Assembly: GCF_006345805.1 (NCBI RefSeq)
Contig: NW_021826224.1
Coordinates: 1 to 36,242, forward strand
Length of the DNA stretch: 36,242 nucleotides
Source: Octopus sinensis
Taxonomy: Eukaryota
Reading direction: 5' to 3'
Of the stretch, positions 36,094 through 36,242 are shown piece after piece. Numbering within the stretch: position 1 is the stretch's first letter; every line of letters starts with the position of its first letter. Position numbers and translations under genes: made by a program. Under the pieces are notes generated by a model. It searched no databases and was not told where the DNA came from. It saw nothing but the letters and a program-made list of their open reading frames with translations.

Positions 36094-36242
36094 ATAATTT
36101 ATGTAAACGACCTTTCCAGTGTCGTACATCACTGCAAAGTGAAAATATTCGCTGATGACACTAAGCTCCAGCAAATCGTCAATGAAGAAGCAGACCGAAC
36201 TCAACTCCAGTCTGACCTATATGCTGTGAGTCAATGGGCAGA
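36088..36242 (+). mobile_element. CR1/L2-type LINE RT, sense 3' segment (continues beyond window)
   Basis: Open frame LFIIYVNDL..KIFADDTKL..LQSDL..QWA with the catalytic (Y/F)ADD motif. Confidence 0.93.

Overview
AT-rich, microsatellite-dense eukaryotic non-coding DNA (intronic or intergenic). The SINE families and repeat style point to an octopus genome, which is an inference from my recall of these repeats. No intact host gene, rRNA, true tRNA or CRISPR array is supported, and most ORFs in the track are artefacts of microsatellites or SINEs. The window is a layered record of mobile elements. It holds four tRNA-derived SINE families (about 20 copies or fragments), three Penelope-like (PLE) RT/GIY-YIG fossils, a Tigger/pogo transposase fossil, an L1/Tx1-type ORF1 fossil and an RTE 3' fragment. 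It also has a young CR1/L2-type RT insertion with a 5' inversion, a tandem Helitron pair, a Helentron-type non-autonomous element and MITE-like foldbacks. The most notable signal is a set of minimal type-I hammerhead ribozyme (HHR) motifs in about 200-bp modules embedded in (TA)n tracts. Three of them lie inside one 716-bp, TA-flanked segment bounded by Tigger-like TIRs (4442-5157), and one has a U3-A8 covariant core. All alignments were made by eye, so element boundaries are approximate unless stated otherwise.
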